The notes: generated by a model not told the origin, from the letters alone. DNA of 64,000 nt from an uncultured Fibrobacteraceae bacterium (GCA_964399195.1 CAYNPY010000002.1:15129-79128), one strand, 5' to 3'. Shown: positions 1 to 8,688, counted from the first letter of the stretch. A program made the numbers and translations.

Positions 1-138
1 CAGCAGGTCGCGGTACCCGGCCGTGCCCAGCTTGAATTGCGCGGCCCAGGACGGCAGGTTCGCCTCGGCGCAGAGCGCCGCATCCAGACGGATCGACTCG
101 CGACGCTGCGCGAACGGCGTGAACAGGGCGCTGGACAT
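1..138 (-). CDS. 5' end (46 codons) of a CDS running off the window; possible phosphohexomutase-family N-terminus
   Basis: The reverse complement of 1-138 reads MSSALFTPFAQRRESIRLDAALCAEANLPSWAAQFKLGTAGYRDLL, from the ATG at 136-138 with GGGAG 8 nt upstream. FKLGTAGYR resembles the GTxGxRG N-terminal motif of phosphogluco/mannomutases. 46 aa is too little to be sure. Confidence 0.3.
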   Translation of the reverse strand, partial: MSSALFTPFAQRRESIRLDAALCAEANLPSWAAQFKLGTAGYRDLL

Positions 139-298
139 GGTTCGGACTCCCGGCGTGGAACGGTCGCGATGAGGGGAAGCTCGGCGCGGCGGACGCCGCA
201 GGCGGCGCGCCGAATATAGCGGCGCGGCGGCGCGCCACCAAGCGCCCGGCGCTGCCGCCTCGGGGAGTCTGCGGGGTCTCCGGGTCCGGCGTGGGCGG

Positions 299-943
299 TC
301 AGCGGGACAGGCGGCGCGGGGACGTCGCCTCTCGGTCGGCGGGCGACCCGGCCAGCGGCAGCTCCACGTGGAAGTGGAAGGCGGCCCCGCGGCCGTGGAC
401 GCTGGACACGCCCAACCCGCCGCCCATCAGGCGCGCCAGCCTCTGGCTGACGCACAACCCCAGCCCGGCGCCCTCGTGCGCGAGGGTCCGGCTGCCGTCC
501 GCCTGCGCGAACAGCGCGAAGATGCGCTCGAGGTCTTCCGGCCGCATGCCCGGGCCCGTGTCGCGCACGCTGACCGTCAGCTCGCAGGTCCCGCCGGGGC
601 GCGGACGGGCGTGCAGAAAGACGCTGACCGCTCCCGCGCTGGTGAACTTCACGGCGTTGCCGACCAGGTGCCCCACGACCTGACAGAAGCGCAGCCGGTC
701 GCCCTCGACCACGAGCGGCGGTCCTTCGCCTCCCTGCACGGACAGCTCCAGTCCCTTGGCGGCGGCGGCGGTGGCGAACCGCGACACCGTCTCGGCCAGG
801 CCCGCGCGGACGTCGAACGGCAGGCTCTTCAGTTCGAGCCGGCCGGCGTCCAGCAGACCGGCGTCCTGGCGGGCGGTCGTCTCCCGCGCGGGGGATGCCT
901 CGAGTTCCGCCAGACGCGCCGTCAACTGGGCATCGCGATCCAT
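299..943 (-). CDS. Histidine-kinase-like ATPase domain protein, N-terminally truncated (possible gene remnant)
   Basis: Uses the internal ATG (941-943) of ORF 299-1531, giving 214 aa. It has the N box HLVGNAVKFT, G1 VRDTGPGM, F box IFALFAQ and G2 GAGLGLCVS. Only the tail of a dimerisation domain precedes them (RLELKSLPFDV). There is no H-box histidine, sensor or TM segment. The frame upstream of 943 is Arg/Ala/Pro junk, and 944-1071 is a low-GC spacer. Confidence 0.6.
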   Translation of the reverse strand: MDRDAQLTARLAELEASPARETTARQDAGLLDAGRLELKSLPFDVRAGLAETVSRFATAAAAKGLELSVQGGEGPPLVVEGDRLRFCQVVGHLVGNAVKFTSAGAVSVFLHARPRPGGTCELTVSVRDTGPGMRPEDLERIFALFAQADGSRTLAHEGAGLGLCVSQRLARLMGGGLGVSSVHGRGAAFHFHVELPLAGSPADREATSPRRLSR

Positions 944-1071
944 GGGCGTCGACCTCGCCGGCTGCAGGGGCTGTCTCGGGACCGCGCGGCTCCGCCTGCG
1001 GGCGGACGCCGCGCGCGCCGCGAAGCGTAGTGTAAAGATCGACCGTAGGCAAACAGATATGAGTGAAATCT

Positions 1072-1632
1072 TTAGTCCACGAACGAGACGTCCACCGCCC
1101 GCCGCACGGAGGCCTTCTCGACCTCGAAGAACTCGACCGCCTTGAAGCCGGCCGAGGCGGCCACGAGGTTGCTCGGGAACACCTCCACGCGCGTGTTGAG
1201 GTCCCGCACGTTCGCGTTGAAGAACCTGCGGGCGGCCTGGATCCGGTCCTCGGTGTCGGCCAGCTCGTGCTGCAGCTGCAGGAAGTGCGCGCTGGCCTTC
1301 AGGTCGGGATAGGCCTCTGCCACGGCCAGCAGGCGGTCGACGCCGGCAGTCAGCTCGCGCTCCTGCGCCGCCTGCTCGCCCGGCGTGCCGCCGAAGGCCG
1401 CGGCCCGGTCGCGCGCCACGACGACGTTCTCCAGCACCCGGCTCTCGTGCGCGGCGTAGCCCTTGACGACGTCGACCAGGTTGGGGATCAGGTCGTAGCG
1501 CCGGCGCAGCTCGGTGTCGATGCCGGACCACGATTCATCCACCTGCTGGCGCAGCCGCACCAGCGCGTTGTAGGTCAGGACGAACCAGCCGATCAGCAGG
1601 GCCGGCGGGATCAGGAACACCCAGGCGCTCAT
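1072..1632 (-). CDS. lemA: LemA family membrane protein
   Basis: Uses the internal ATG 1630-1632 of ORF 1072-1842, giving 186 aa. It has an N-terminal TM helix (WVFLIPPALLIGWFVL). LemA-type sequence follows: YNALVRLRQQVDESWSGIDTELRRRYDLIPNLVDVVKGYAAHE and IQAARRFFNANVRDLN. Confidence 0.85.
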   Translation of the reverse strand: MSAWVFLIPPALLIGWFVLTYNALVRLRQQVDESWSGIDTELRRRYDLIPNLVDVVKGYAAHESRVLENVVVARDRAAAFGGTPGEQAAQERELTAGVDRLLAVAEAYPDLKASAHFLQLQHELADTEDRIQAARRFFNANVRDLNTRVEVFPSNLVAASAGFKAVEFFEVEKASVRRAVDVSFVD

Positions 1633-2309
1633 GGCGATTCGCCCCTCTGTTGGCGGATGACGAATTCGGGGATGCGTTCGCGCACGCCGTTCAGAAGCCT
1701 CAGGGCCTGTTCGTGCTCGGTTACGCCCGGGTAGCCGCGCCGGTAGACGGCGATCTCGTGGCTGCCCATCTCCAGCGCGAACCCCGCGGGCGCGCCCAGC
1801 AGGAACTCCATCATCCGCGGATGGATGACGTCGTACGCCCACTTGCGGTCCGCAGCCGCGACGTGGAATCGCGCGCTGAACTCGGCCGATTCGAAGTCGA
1901 TGTCGTCGGCGCCGAAGAACTCGCCCACCTTGTCGAAGGCGTGCTCCGGCCGCACGCGCAGCGGACGCACCGGGAACGGCAGGTCCAGCACCGCCACGCC
2001 GTAGCGGTGCGTCGCGCGGTTCTTCCCGTGGCCGGTCACGTAGCGGTAGTCGAACAACGCCACCGCCTGGCCGTCCAGTTCACCGCGCACCAGGCAGCCG
2101 CAGCGCCGCGAATGGCCGCGCTCCAGCAGGCTCAGCCCCGGGTGTTCGTGCAGGGGGCCGCCCTCGCCGCCGGGCCAGGCGCGCCAGCCGCGCGCCAGCG
2201 CCCAGGCCCGAATCGCCTCCTGGCGCTTCTGGTCCTTCTGCCAGGTCCAGACGCCGAAGGCGGCCAGCCCGGCCAGCACGACCAGGAGAAACCACGGCTG
2301 CTCGGCCAT
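1629..2309 (-). CDS. LemA-associated membrane-anchored hypothetical protein (possibly DUF3137-type)
   Basis: Uses the internal ATG 2307-2309 of ORF 1629-2558, giving 226 aa. It has an N-terminal TM helix (WFLLVVLAGLAAFGVWTW) followed by a soluble domain. Its stop overlaps the lemA start by 4 nt (ATGA). The family name is from memory of LemA neighbourhoods and is not verified. Confidence 0.55.
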   Translation of the reverse strand: MAEQPWFLLVVLAGLAAFGVWTWQKDQKRQEAIRAWALARGWRAWPGGEGGPLHEHPGLSLLERGHSRRCGCLVRGELDGQAVALFDYRYVTGHGKNRATHRYGVAVLDLPFPVRPLRVRPEHAFDKVGEFFGADDIDFESAEFSARFHVAAADRKWAYDVIHPRMMEFLLGAPAGFALEMGSHEIAVYRRGYPGVTEHEQALRLLNGVRERIPEFVIRQQRGESP

Positions 2310-2317
2310 CGCGCTCC

Positions 2318-4105
2318 TCAGTCCAGCCCGCGCAGCAGCGACGACGGCACGGGCACTTCCATCTGCAGCAGCGCCTGGCTGAGCGTCTTGCCCTGCGGGT
2401 CGACCAGCAGGCTCGTCGTCCCGCCGCCGCCGAGCGCCCCCTCGAGCAGGAAATTGAATCCCTCGAGGTTGTCCAGCCGGTGGCGCGTGACCGGCCCCTT
2501 GACCATCGGGCCGAAGAACCGCTTCACGCGCGCGGCGGTCAGATACCCGGCCAGCCACTCGTAGATGCCGGGCGAGCGCGCCAGCACGCCGATGTTCGAA
2601 GTGTCGCCCTTGTCGCCGCTGCGCGCGTAGGCCAGGCGCCGCAGCGGGACCAGTCGCGGGGCGCCCTTCGGTTTCGCGCGCGGCAGCGGGCGCGGGCGGA
2701 TGCCGCTGCGCGCGGGTTCGCCGCCGTCGCCGCGCACCGGGAAGGCGATGCGGCGCCGCGTCTCGGCGCCGTCGGGCCCGAGCGCGATGACCTCCGCCTC
2801 GACGCGATCCCGCCTCAGCAGCGCCGGCCAGTAGGCCACCACCTGCTGCGCGCGCGGACGGCCGCGCGTGGAGACCGCCATGCCCGACGGACCGGCCAGG
2901 ATCAGCGCCGGCAGGGCCTTGGCGAAGTCCTCCAGCTTGGCCGGGTCGGGATCGCAGGCCCCGAAGCGCAGGTAGATGCCGTCCGGCTCGCCGCCGGCCA
3001 GTTGCGGCGGCCAGATGCCGCCCGCTCCGACCAGCGCCGTGTGGGTCTTCGCGAAGCGGTGCCCGGCCTTCCGCCAGAACACGTCGCCGACCACCTTCGC
3101 CTTCGCCCGCACGTCCGGGCCGCTCAAGAGCACCTCGCCCTCGGCCTTCCAGCCGTCCTCATACGCCATCGAGACCTTGAAGCGCTCGGGCGCCGGACCG
3201 CCGCGCACCCCGCTGACCGCCACGCGGTCGCGGCCCAGCTCCCGCACCGTGATCGTGTCGAAGAACGCGACGCCGTCGGGCGAGATGTACTGGCCCGGAT
3301 CGCCCATCTCGTACACGAGCTGCTCCTTGACGGTCTTCCCGCTGACCATCCCGCCGGTGCGCTTGTGTTTGGTGACGACGAAGGACCCGTCGGCGGACAT
3401 CTCGATGATCGGATAGCCGATGTCGCGGAAGCTGCGCACCTCGCGCCAGTCGGTCAGGTTGCCGCCGGAGGCCTGCGCGCCGCACTCGATGATGTGCCCG
3501 GCCACGATGCCGGCGGCCAGGCGGTCCCAGTCGTCCATGGCCCAGCCGAACTCGTGGATCATCGGCGCCAGGGTGATGCCGGTGTCGGTGACCCGCCCGG
3601 TCACCACGATGTCGCAGCCGGCGGCCAGCGCGGCCACGACCGGCTCGGCGCCCAGATAGACGTTGGCGGCGATGACGCGGTCCCTGACCGGGGCGAACGG
3701 CGCGCCGGTCTCCATGTTCGTGAACGCCTCGCCGGCGGCGCCCAGCTCGTCCAGCCGGCCGGCGATGTCGTCGCCCTGCACGACGCCCACCTTCAGCGAC
3801 AGCCCGCGCTCGCGGACCATGTCGCGAATGCGCCGCCCGAGGCCCTCCGGGTTGATGCCCCCGGCGTTGGTGATGACCTTGACGCCCGTCTCGGCGATGA
3901 TCGGCAGGCAGGTCTCCAGCTGCGTCACGAAGTCGCGCGCGTAGCCCAGCCGCGGGTCCTTCAGCTGCTGCTTGCGCAGGATGGACATCGTGATCTCGGC
4001 CAGGAAGTCCATCGTCACGTAGTCCAGCGGGCCGCCGGTCAGCTGCCGCCGCAGGGCGTCCAGGTCGTCTCCCCAGTAGCCGCCGGCATTGCCGATGCGG
4101 ATCAT
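2318..4105 (-). CDS. AtuA / DUF1446 family protein (acyclic terpene utilisation AtuA-like)
   Basis: 595 aa starting MIRIGNAGGYWGDD. Other matching strings are VITNAGGINP, GHIIECGAQASGGN, and the C-terminal YARSGDKGDTSNIGV...GFNFLLEGALGGGG typical of this family (from memory). I moved the start from 4177 to ATG 4103-4105, because the upstream ATG lies inside the predicted promoter of the divergent gene. Confidence 0.75.
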   Translation of the reverse strand: MIRIGNAGGYWGDDLDALRRQLTGGPLDYVTMDFLAEITMSILRKQQLKDPRLGYARDFVTQLETCLPIIAETGVKVITNAGGINPEGLGRRIRDMVRERGLSLKVGVVQGDDIAGRLDELGAAGEAFTNMETGAPFAPVRDRVIAANVYLGAEPVVAALAAGCDIVVTGRVTDTGITLAPMIHEFGWAMDDWDRLAAGIVAGHIIECGAQASGGNLTDWREVRSFRDIGYPIIEMSADGSFVVTKHKRTGGMVSGKTVKEQLVYEMGDPGQYISPDGVAFFDTITVRELGRDRVAVSGVRGGPAPERFKVSMAYEDGWKAEGEVLLSGPDVRAKAKVVGDVFWRKAGHRFAKTHTALVGAGGIWPPQLAGGEPDGIYLRFGACDPDPAKLEDFAKALPALILAGPSGMAVSTRGRPRAQQVVAYWPALLRRDRVEAEVIALGPDGAETRRRIAFPVRGDGGEPARSGIRPRPLPRAKPKGAPRLVPLRRLAYARSGDKGDTSNIGVLARSPGIYEWLAGYLTAARVKRFFGPMVKGPVTRHRLDNLEGFNFLLEGALGGGGTTSLLVDPQGKTLSQALLQMEVPVPSSLLRGLD

Positions 4106-4170
4106 CTTCTTCAACGGTGCTCCTTCGGGGTCGCGCGGCCGAAAGGGGCGCGCCGCCTTGCAGACCGGGC

Positions 4171-4198
4171 TTGTCATTTCACGGGCCGTCCTGATAAT
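4171..4198 (+). promoter_or_regulatory. Candidate sigma70-type promoter of the GH13 gene
   Basis: TTGTCA (4171-4176), a 16-nt spacer, then GATAAT (4193-4198) preceded by T. It sits about 50 nt upstream of ATG 4247 in the 141-bp divergent intergenic region. Confidence 0.35.
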
Positions 4199-4246
4199 GG
4201 GTGCGGCCCGCCGCCCGAGGCAAGCAGGAAAGGCTCACGCGACGCC

Positions 4247-7200
4247 ATGGCACCCGACCCCGCTCCGCCGCCGCGCCACGACTGGTTCGTGTTCGCGTTT
4301 CCGCTCTCGGTCGAGGCCTGGGACCGCTTCGCCGTCGAATCGCTGCTGCCGCCCGGACTGCCGGGGATTCCGGCCGATCCAGCCTGGGAGATCCGTCGCC
4401 TGGCCGACCGCCTGACCCGCCAGCGGCCGGCGGGCCCGCCCGCCGAGGTGCTGCTGGCGCTGCGCACGCTCAACCAGGTGTTGCGGCACGTCGCGGTCCG
4501 CTACTTCGAGGTCGAGAACCCGGGCAGCCTGGACCGCGGGCGCGCCTGGGCCGCGCGCCGCCTGGGCGAGGACGGCGTCGAGGGCGTGCTGCGCGCGTTC
4601 ACCGATCTCTACCCGCCGCTGGACGTGCGCGCGGGCCGCCGCAACGCCGTCCAGTACCTGGCGCTCGGCGCCGGTCCGCTGGGCGGGCGCGACCGGGCGA
4701 CGGTCGAGTTGCTGCTGCTGCACCTGAACGTCGGCAACCCGGCCGCCACCGAGGCTTCGCCGCTGTTCGCCGACGACACGCTTCGCGAGCGCGTCTCCTA
4801 CGTCCCGTTCGTGACCGGCTTCGAGGCCTACCTGGCGGAGCACGAGGCGCCCGGCGGCGAGGGCGTGCCTCTGCTGCAGCTGCTGCGGGCGCCGCTGCTG
4901 GCCAGCCCGGACTCCCTTTACGGCCAGCTGGCCTGGATCCGCGAGCGCTGGGCCCACCTGCTGCCGGACGACCTGCTGCGCGGCCTGCAGCTGGCGCTGG
5001 ACGTGCTCAAGGAGATCGACCTGCGCCGCGCGCCCGGCCCGGGCGGGCCGGCGCCGGTGCTCGAGTTCGGCCCCGGCCGCGCCGGCTGGCAGGGCGGCCT
5101 GCCGGAGCCCGAGGCCTTCAGCCGCGACGCCGAATGGATGGCCAACGTCGTGCTCATCGCCAAGTCGGTGCACGTGTGGCTGGACCAGCTCTCCCGGCGC
5201 CACGGCCGCGCCATCGCGCGGCTGGACCAGATCCCGGACCAGGAGCTGGACCGTCTGGCCGCCTGGGGCGTCAACGGGCTGTGGCTGATCGGCCTGTGGG
5301 AGCGCTCGCGCGCCTCGGCCCGCATCAAGCAGTACATGGGCAACCCGGAGGCCGCCGCCAGCGCCTACGCCCTGCACGACTACCGCATCGCCGACGAGTT
5401 GGGCGGCGAGGACGCCTGGCGCGATTTGAGCGAGCGCGCCGGACGGCGCGGCATCCGCCTGGCCAGCGACATGGTGCCCAACCACATGGGCATCGACAGC
5501 CGCTGGGTGGTCGAGCACCCCGAGTACTTCCTGCAACTGCCGCAGCCGCCCTACCCGGCCTACCGTTTCACCGGCGGCGACCTCTGCGACGCGCCGGGCG
5601 TGGCCGTGCGCATCGAGGAGGGCTACTGGAACCGCACGGACGCCGCGGTGGTGTTCCAGCGCGTCGACGAGGGCACGGGCCAGGCGCGCTACATCTACCA
5701 CGGCAACGACGGCACCAGCATGCCGTGGAACGACACCGCCCAGCTCGACTTCCTGCGCGCGGACGTGCGCGAAGCGGTCATCCGCGTCATCCTGGACGTG
5801 GCGCGGCGCTTCCCGATCATCCGCTTCGACGCGGCGATGACGCTGGCCAAGAAGCACTACCAGCGCCTGTGGTTTCCCGCGCCCGGCGACGCCGGCGCCA
5901 TCCCCTCGCGCGCCGAGCACGGCCTGACGCGCGAGCAGTTCGACGCCGCCATGCCGGTGGAGTTCTGGCGCGAGGTCGTCGACCGCGTGGCCAGGGAGGC
6001 GCCCGACACCCTGCTGCTGGCCGAGGCCTTCTGGCTCATGGAAGGCTACTTCGTGCGCACGCTCGGCATGCACCGCGTCTACAACAGCGCCTTCATGAAC
6101 ATGCTCAAGATGGAGGACAACCAGAAGTACCGGCAGACGCTCAAGAACGTGCTCGAGTTCAGCCCCGCGGTCCTGCAGCGCTTCGTGAACTTCATGAACA
6201 ACCCGGACGAGCGCACCGCCATCGAGCAGTTCGGCAAGGGCGACAAGTACTTCGGCTGCATGCTGCTGATGGTGACGCTGCCCGGCCTGCCGATGATCGG
6301 CCACGGCCAGATCGAGGGTTTCACGGAGAAGTACGGCATGGAGTACCGGCGCGCCTACTGGGACGAGCAGGCGGACGAAGACCTCATCAGGCGCCACGAA
6401 CGCGACATCTTCCCGCTGATGCGGCGGCGCGGCATCTTTTCCGGCGCCGAGAACTTCGCGCTGTTCGATCTGGAGAGCGACGGCGGCTGGGTGGACGAAA
6501 ACGTCTTCGCCTACGCCAACCGCGGCGCCGCCGGCAAGGCGCTGATCGTCTACAACAACTGTTACGAAGGAACCAGCGGGCGCCTGCGCCTGGCGGCGGC
6601 CGTCAACATCGGCAGCGCCGAGCAGCCCCACCTGGTGCGCCGCTCGCTGGCCGAGGCGCTGGACCTCGACGCCGCGCCCGGCATCTGGCACGTGTTCCGC
6701 GACCACCTGGACGGCTGCGAGTACCTGCGCACCGGCGAGGAGCTGATCCAGGGCGGCCTGCACGTCTCGCTGCGCGGCTACCAGTCGCGCGCGCTGGTCG
6801 ACTGGCGCCGCGTCCACGACACCGACGGCACCTGGGCGCGGCTGGCCGCCCAGCTCGGCGGCGGCGGCACGCCGGACCTCGGCCGCGCGCGGCGCCGGCT
6901 GCAGCTGGAGGGCGAACTGGCCGAGGTGCGGGCCTGGTTCCCGCCCGCGTTGCTGTCGTGGCTGGAAACGGCTGCCGTGCCCGCCGCGCCCGCGAGCGGG
7001 GATCCCGGCGCGGACTCCCGTGCGGCGACCGCTCCGCCCGCCGGCCCGCCCCGCCTGCCCGAGGATCTGCCCCGGCTGCCCCAGGGCCTGGCGGCCCTGG
7101 CGCGCTCCCTCGGCGCGCTGCCGGCTGCCCTGGCCGACTTGGCTGCGGATGCGAGCCTCGGCGCCCGCACGCGCCGGGACCTGGCGGCCTGGGCCGGCGA

Positions 7201-7756
7201 CCTGCCCGGCAGCCGGACGCTGGAGGTCGTCTACCTGGCGGCCGTCCTGCGGCGGGTCCGCGACCCGGGAGGCGCCGGCGCGGCCACGCGCTCGCCGGTG
7301 CCCGCGGGAGACGCCGACCTGGTGGCCGAAGACATGGCGCGGACACTGCGCGACTGGTCCGGCCACGCCTATCAGGCCGAGCGCGACGCCGCCCTGGCCT
7401 GGGCGCTGGCCCAGGCGGACGACGCGGTGCGCGCCCTGGCCGTCGGCCGCGCCGACTGGCTGCCCGACGCCCTGGCGCGCCCTGACTTCGCCCGCGCCGC
7501 CGGCGTAAACGTCCACGACGGCGTGGCGTGGTTCGGCAAGGAAGAGCTCGAATCGATCCTGCAGGCGATGCTGGTCGAGGCCCTGGCGACCACCCCCACC
7601 CCGCAGGCGCCGGGCAGCGCTCGCCCGCAGGCGGACCGACCTGCCGCAGCGCCGCTCCTGGTCACGCTGCTGGACGCCCGCGCCCTGGCCCTGGAGGCGG
7701 CCGCCCGGGCCGGCTACCGGTTGGACCGGCTGGATGCTGAACTGTCCGGCCGGTGA
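4247..7756 (+). CDS. Large GH13 (alpha-amylase superfamily) protein with long N- and C-terminal extensions
   Basis: Uses the in-frame ATG 4247 of ORF 2480-7756 (AGGAAAGG upstream), giving 1169 aa. GH13 regions are present: I SDMVPNHMG, II PIIRFDAAMTLAKK (nucleophile Asp), III LLLAEAFWLMEG (acid/base Glu), and IV FVNFMNNPDE (NPD instead of NHD). About 330 aa before and about 370 aa after the catalytic core have no motif I recognise. Confidence 0.8.
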   Translation: MAPDPAPPPRHDWFVFAFPLSVEAWDRFAVESLLPPGLPGIPADPAWEIRRLADRLTRQRPAGPPAEVLLALRTLNQVLRHVAVRYFEVENPGSLDRGRAWAARRLGEDGVEGVLRAFTDLYPPLDVRAGRRNAVQYLALGAGPLGGRDRATVELLLLHLNVGNPAATEASPLFADDTLRERVSYVPFVTGFEAYLAEHEAPGGEGVPLLQLLRAPLLASPDSLYGQLAWIRERWAHLLPDDLLRGLQLALDVLKEIDLRRAPGPGGPAPVLEFGPGRAGWQGGLPEPEAFSRDAEWMANVVLIAKSVHVWLDQLSRRHGRAIARLDQIPDQELDRLAAWGVNGLWLIGLWERSRASARIKQYMGNPEAAASAYALHDYRIADELGGEDAWRDLSERAGRRGIRLASDMVPNHMGIDSRWVVEHPEYFLQLPQPPYPAYRFTGGDLCDAPGVAVRIEEGYWNRTDAAVVFQRVDEGTGQARYIYHGNDGTSMPWNDTAQLDFLRADVREAVIRVILDVARRFPIIRFDAAMTLAKKHYQRLWFPAPGDAGAIPSRAEHGLTREQFDAAMPVEFWREVVDRVAREAPDTLLLAEAFWLMEGYFVRTLGMHRVYNSAFMNMLKMEDNQKYRQTLKNVLEFSPAVLQRFVNFMNNPDERTAIEQFGKGDKYFGCMLLMVTLPGLPMIGHGQIEGFTEKYGMEYRRAYWDEQADEDLIRRHERDIFPLMRRRGIFSGAENFALFDLESDGGWVDENVFAYANRGAAGKALIVYNNCYEGTSGRLRLAAAVNIGSAEQPHLVRRSLAEALDLDAAPGIWHVFRDHLDGCEYLRTGEELIQGGLHVSLRGYQSRALVDWRRVHDTDGTWARLAAQLGGGGTPDLGRARRRLQLEGELAEVRAWFPPALLSWLETAAVPAAPASGDPGADSRAATAPPAGPPRLPEDLPRLPQGLAALARSLGALPAALADLAADASLGARTRRDLAAWAGDLPGSRTLEVVYLAAVLRRVRDPGGAGAATRSPVPAGDADLVAEDMARTLRDWSGHAYQAERDAALAWALAQADDAVRALAVGRADWLPDALARPDFARAAGVNVHDGVAWFGKEELESILQAMLVEALATTPTPQAPGSARPQADRPAAAPLLVTLLDARALALEAAARAGYRLDRLDAELSGR

Positions 7757-7799
7757 CCGCAGCCGGGACGTCGCCGCCGGGACACCGCCCCCCTGGCTC

Positions 7800-7828
7800 T
7801 TGTGGTTTGGGCATATCTGTGGTATGAT
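7800..7828 (+). promoter_or_regulatory. Candidate sigma70-type promoter
   Basis: TTGTGG (7800-7805), a 17-nt spacer, then TATGAT (7823-7828). It lies in the local low-GC patch about 75 nt upstream of ATG 7902. Confidence 0.4.
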
Positions 7829-7901
7829 CAGACAAAGCAGCGGCGGCCGGCGCGCCGCCTGTCCCCTGTGCCGCATATCAGCCAGCCCACCCGGGTGAGA
7901 C

Positions 7902-8669
7902 ATGCACCGGCCTCTGCCGCGACCGAAGCGACCGCTCCCGGCCCTGCCGTCCTGCAGCCGGCTCCTGCCGGCGCTGGCCCTGCTGCTGGTGGCCGGCCCT
8001 GGCGCGGCCGCCGTCGGCATCGGCACCAGCCCGCCGGCCATCGTCGATACCGTCGCGCCGGACCTGGCCCTGGAGCCCCTGCCGCCCCACCTGCTGCTGC
8101 GGGGTGGCGAAAGCGTGACGTTCCGGTGGACGACGGCCGACAGCCACCCCGGGACGACGGCCGCCGATTTCACGGCGCAGGTGAACGACGGCGAAACGCC
8201 GCTGGCGACGATCGACTATCTGGCCTCCTACGCCGACGCCGCCTGGACCTGGGAGGCGCCGGAGATGTCGTCGGGCCACCTGAACGCGCGGGTCACCTGC
8301 CGCGACGCGTTCGGCAATACGGCCACCGCGCGCACGGACGACTTTTCGGTGATCCTCTCGACCAGCGGCGCGCCGCTGCCGGGCCTGCCCGCCGGCGTGG
8401 TGCTGGAGGGCGCCCGTCCCAACCCCTGCAACCCGCGCACGGTGATCCGCTTCAGCCTGCCGGCGGCCGGACCGGTGGCGCTGGACCTGCACGACGCGGG
8501 CGGCGCGCGCCTGCGCCGGCTGGCCGACGGCCACTTCGCCGCCGGCGCGCACGAACTGGCCTGGGACGGTCGGGACGATCTGGGCCGCGAGGCGGCGTCC
8601 GGCACCTATCTGCTGCGCCTGGTCTCCGGCGAAGCCGTGCGGACGGCCAAGGTGTCGCTGGTGCGCTGA
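7902..8669 (+). CDS. Secreted protein with FlgD-Ig/T9SS-like C-terminal domain
   Basis: 255 aa with a signal peptide (LLPALALLLVAGPGAAA). The central region looks Ig-like. The C-terminal ~85 aa are PNPCNPRTVIRFSLPAAGPVALDLHDAGGARLRRL...HELAWDGRDDLGREAASGTYLLRLVSGEAVRTAKVSLVR. Confidence 0.75.
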   Translation: MHRPLPRPKRPLPALPSCSRLLPALALLLVAGPGAAAVGIGTSPPAIVDTVAPDLALEPLPPHLLLRGGESVTFRWTTADSHPGTTAADFTAQVNDGETPLATIDYLASYADAAWTWEAPEMSSGHLNARVTCRDAFGNTATARTDDFSVILSTSGAPLPGLPAGVVLEGARPNPCNPRTVIRFSLPAAGPVALDLHDAGGARLRRLADGHFAAGAHELAWDGRDDLGREAASGTYLLRLVSGEAVRTAKVSLVR

Positions 8670-8688
8670 GGGCGCGGGCCCCGGCGAC

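Noticed and set aside
201-236. 11-bp direct repeat GGCGGCGCGCC (201-211 and 226-236) flanking GAATATAGC upstream of the leftmost gene
   Set aside because: It is a pure G/C 11-mer in roughly 70% GC DNA. A chance recurrence within 160 bp is not negligible by a rough estimate, and there is no supporting promoter geometry.
2318-4105. AtuA/DUF1446 domain apparently fused to an extra C-terminal ~100-aa domain
   Set aside because: As far as I recall, full-length AtuA-family proteins normally include this C-terminal ferredoxin-fold-like segment (SGDKGD...NFLL...GGG), so it is not a novel fusion.
2480-4246. N-terminal 589-codon extension of ORF 2480-7756, and likewise the extensions 35537-38326 of ORF 32447-38326 and 21131-23155 of ORF 21131-24553
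   Set aside because: The extensions overlap well-supported genes (AtuA on the opposite strand, the first RND permease, and gatE in another frame) and translate to junk. In each case an internal ATG with an RBS begins recognisable protein sequence.
4235-8173. 1312-aa ORF on the minus strand (plus 4201-7485 on the plus strand in another frame) covering the GH13 gene
   Set aside because: Its composition is almost pure Arg/Ala/Gly/Pro/Val with no motifs. It lies antisense or out of frame to a gene with clear GH13 catalytic regions. This is the typical stop-codon-poor alternative frame of very GC-rich DNA.
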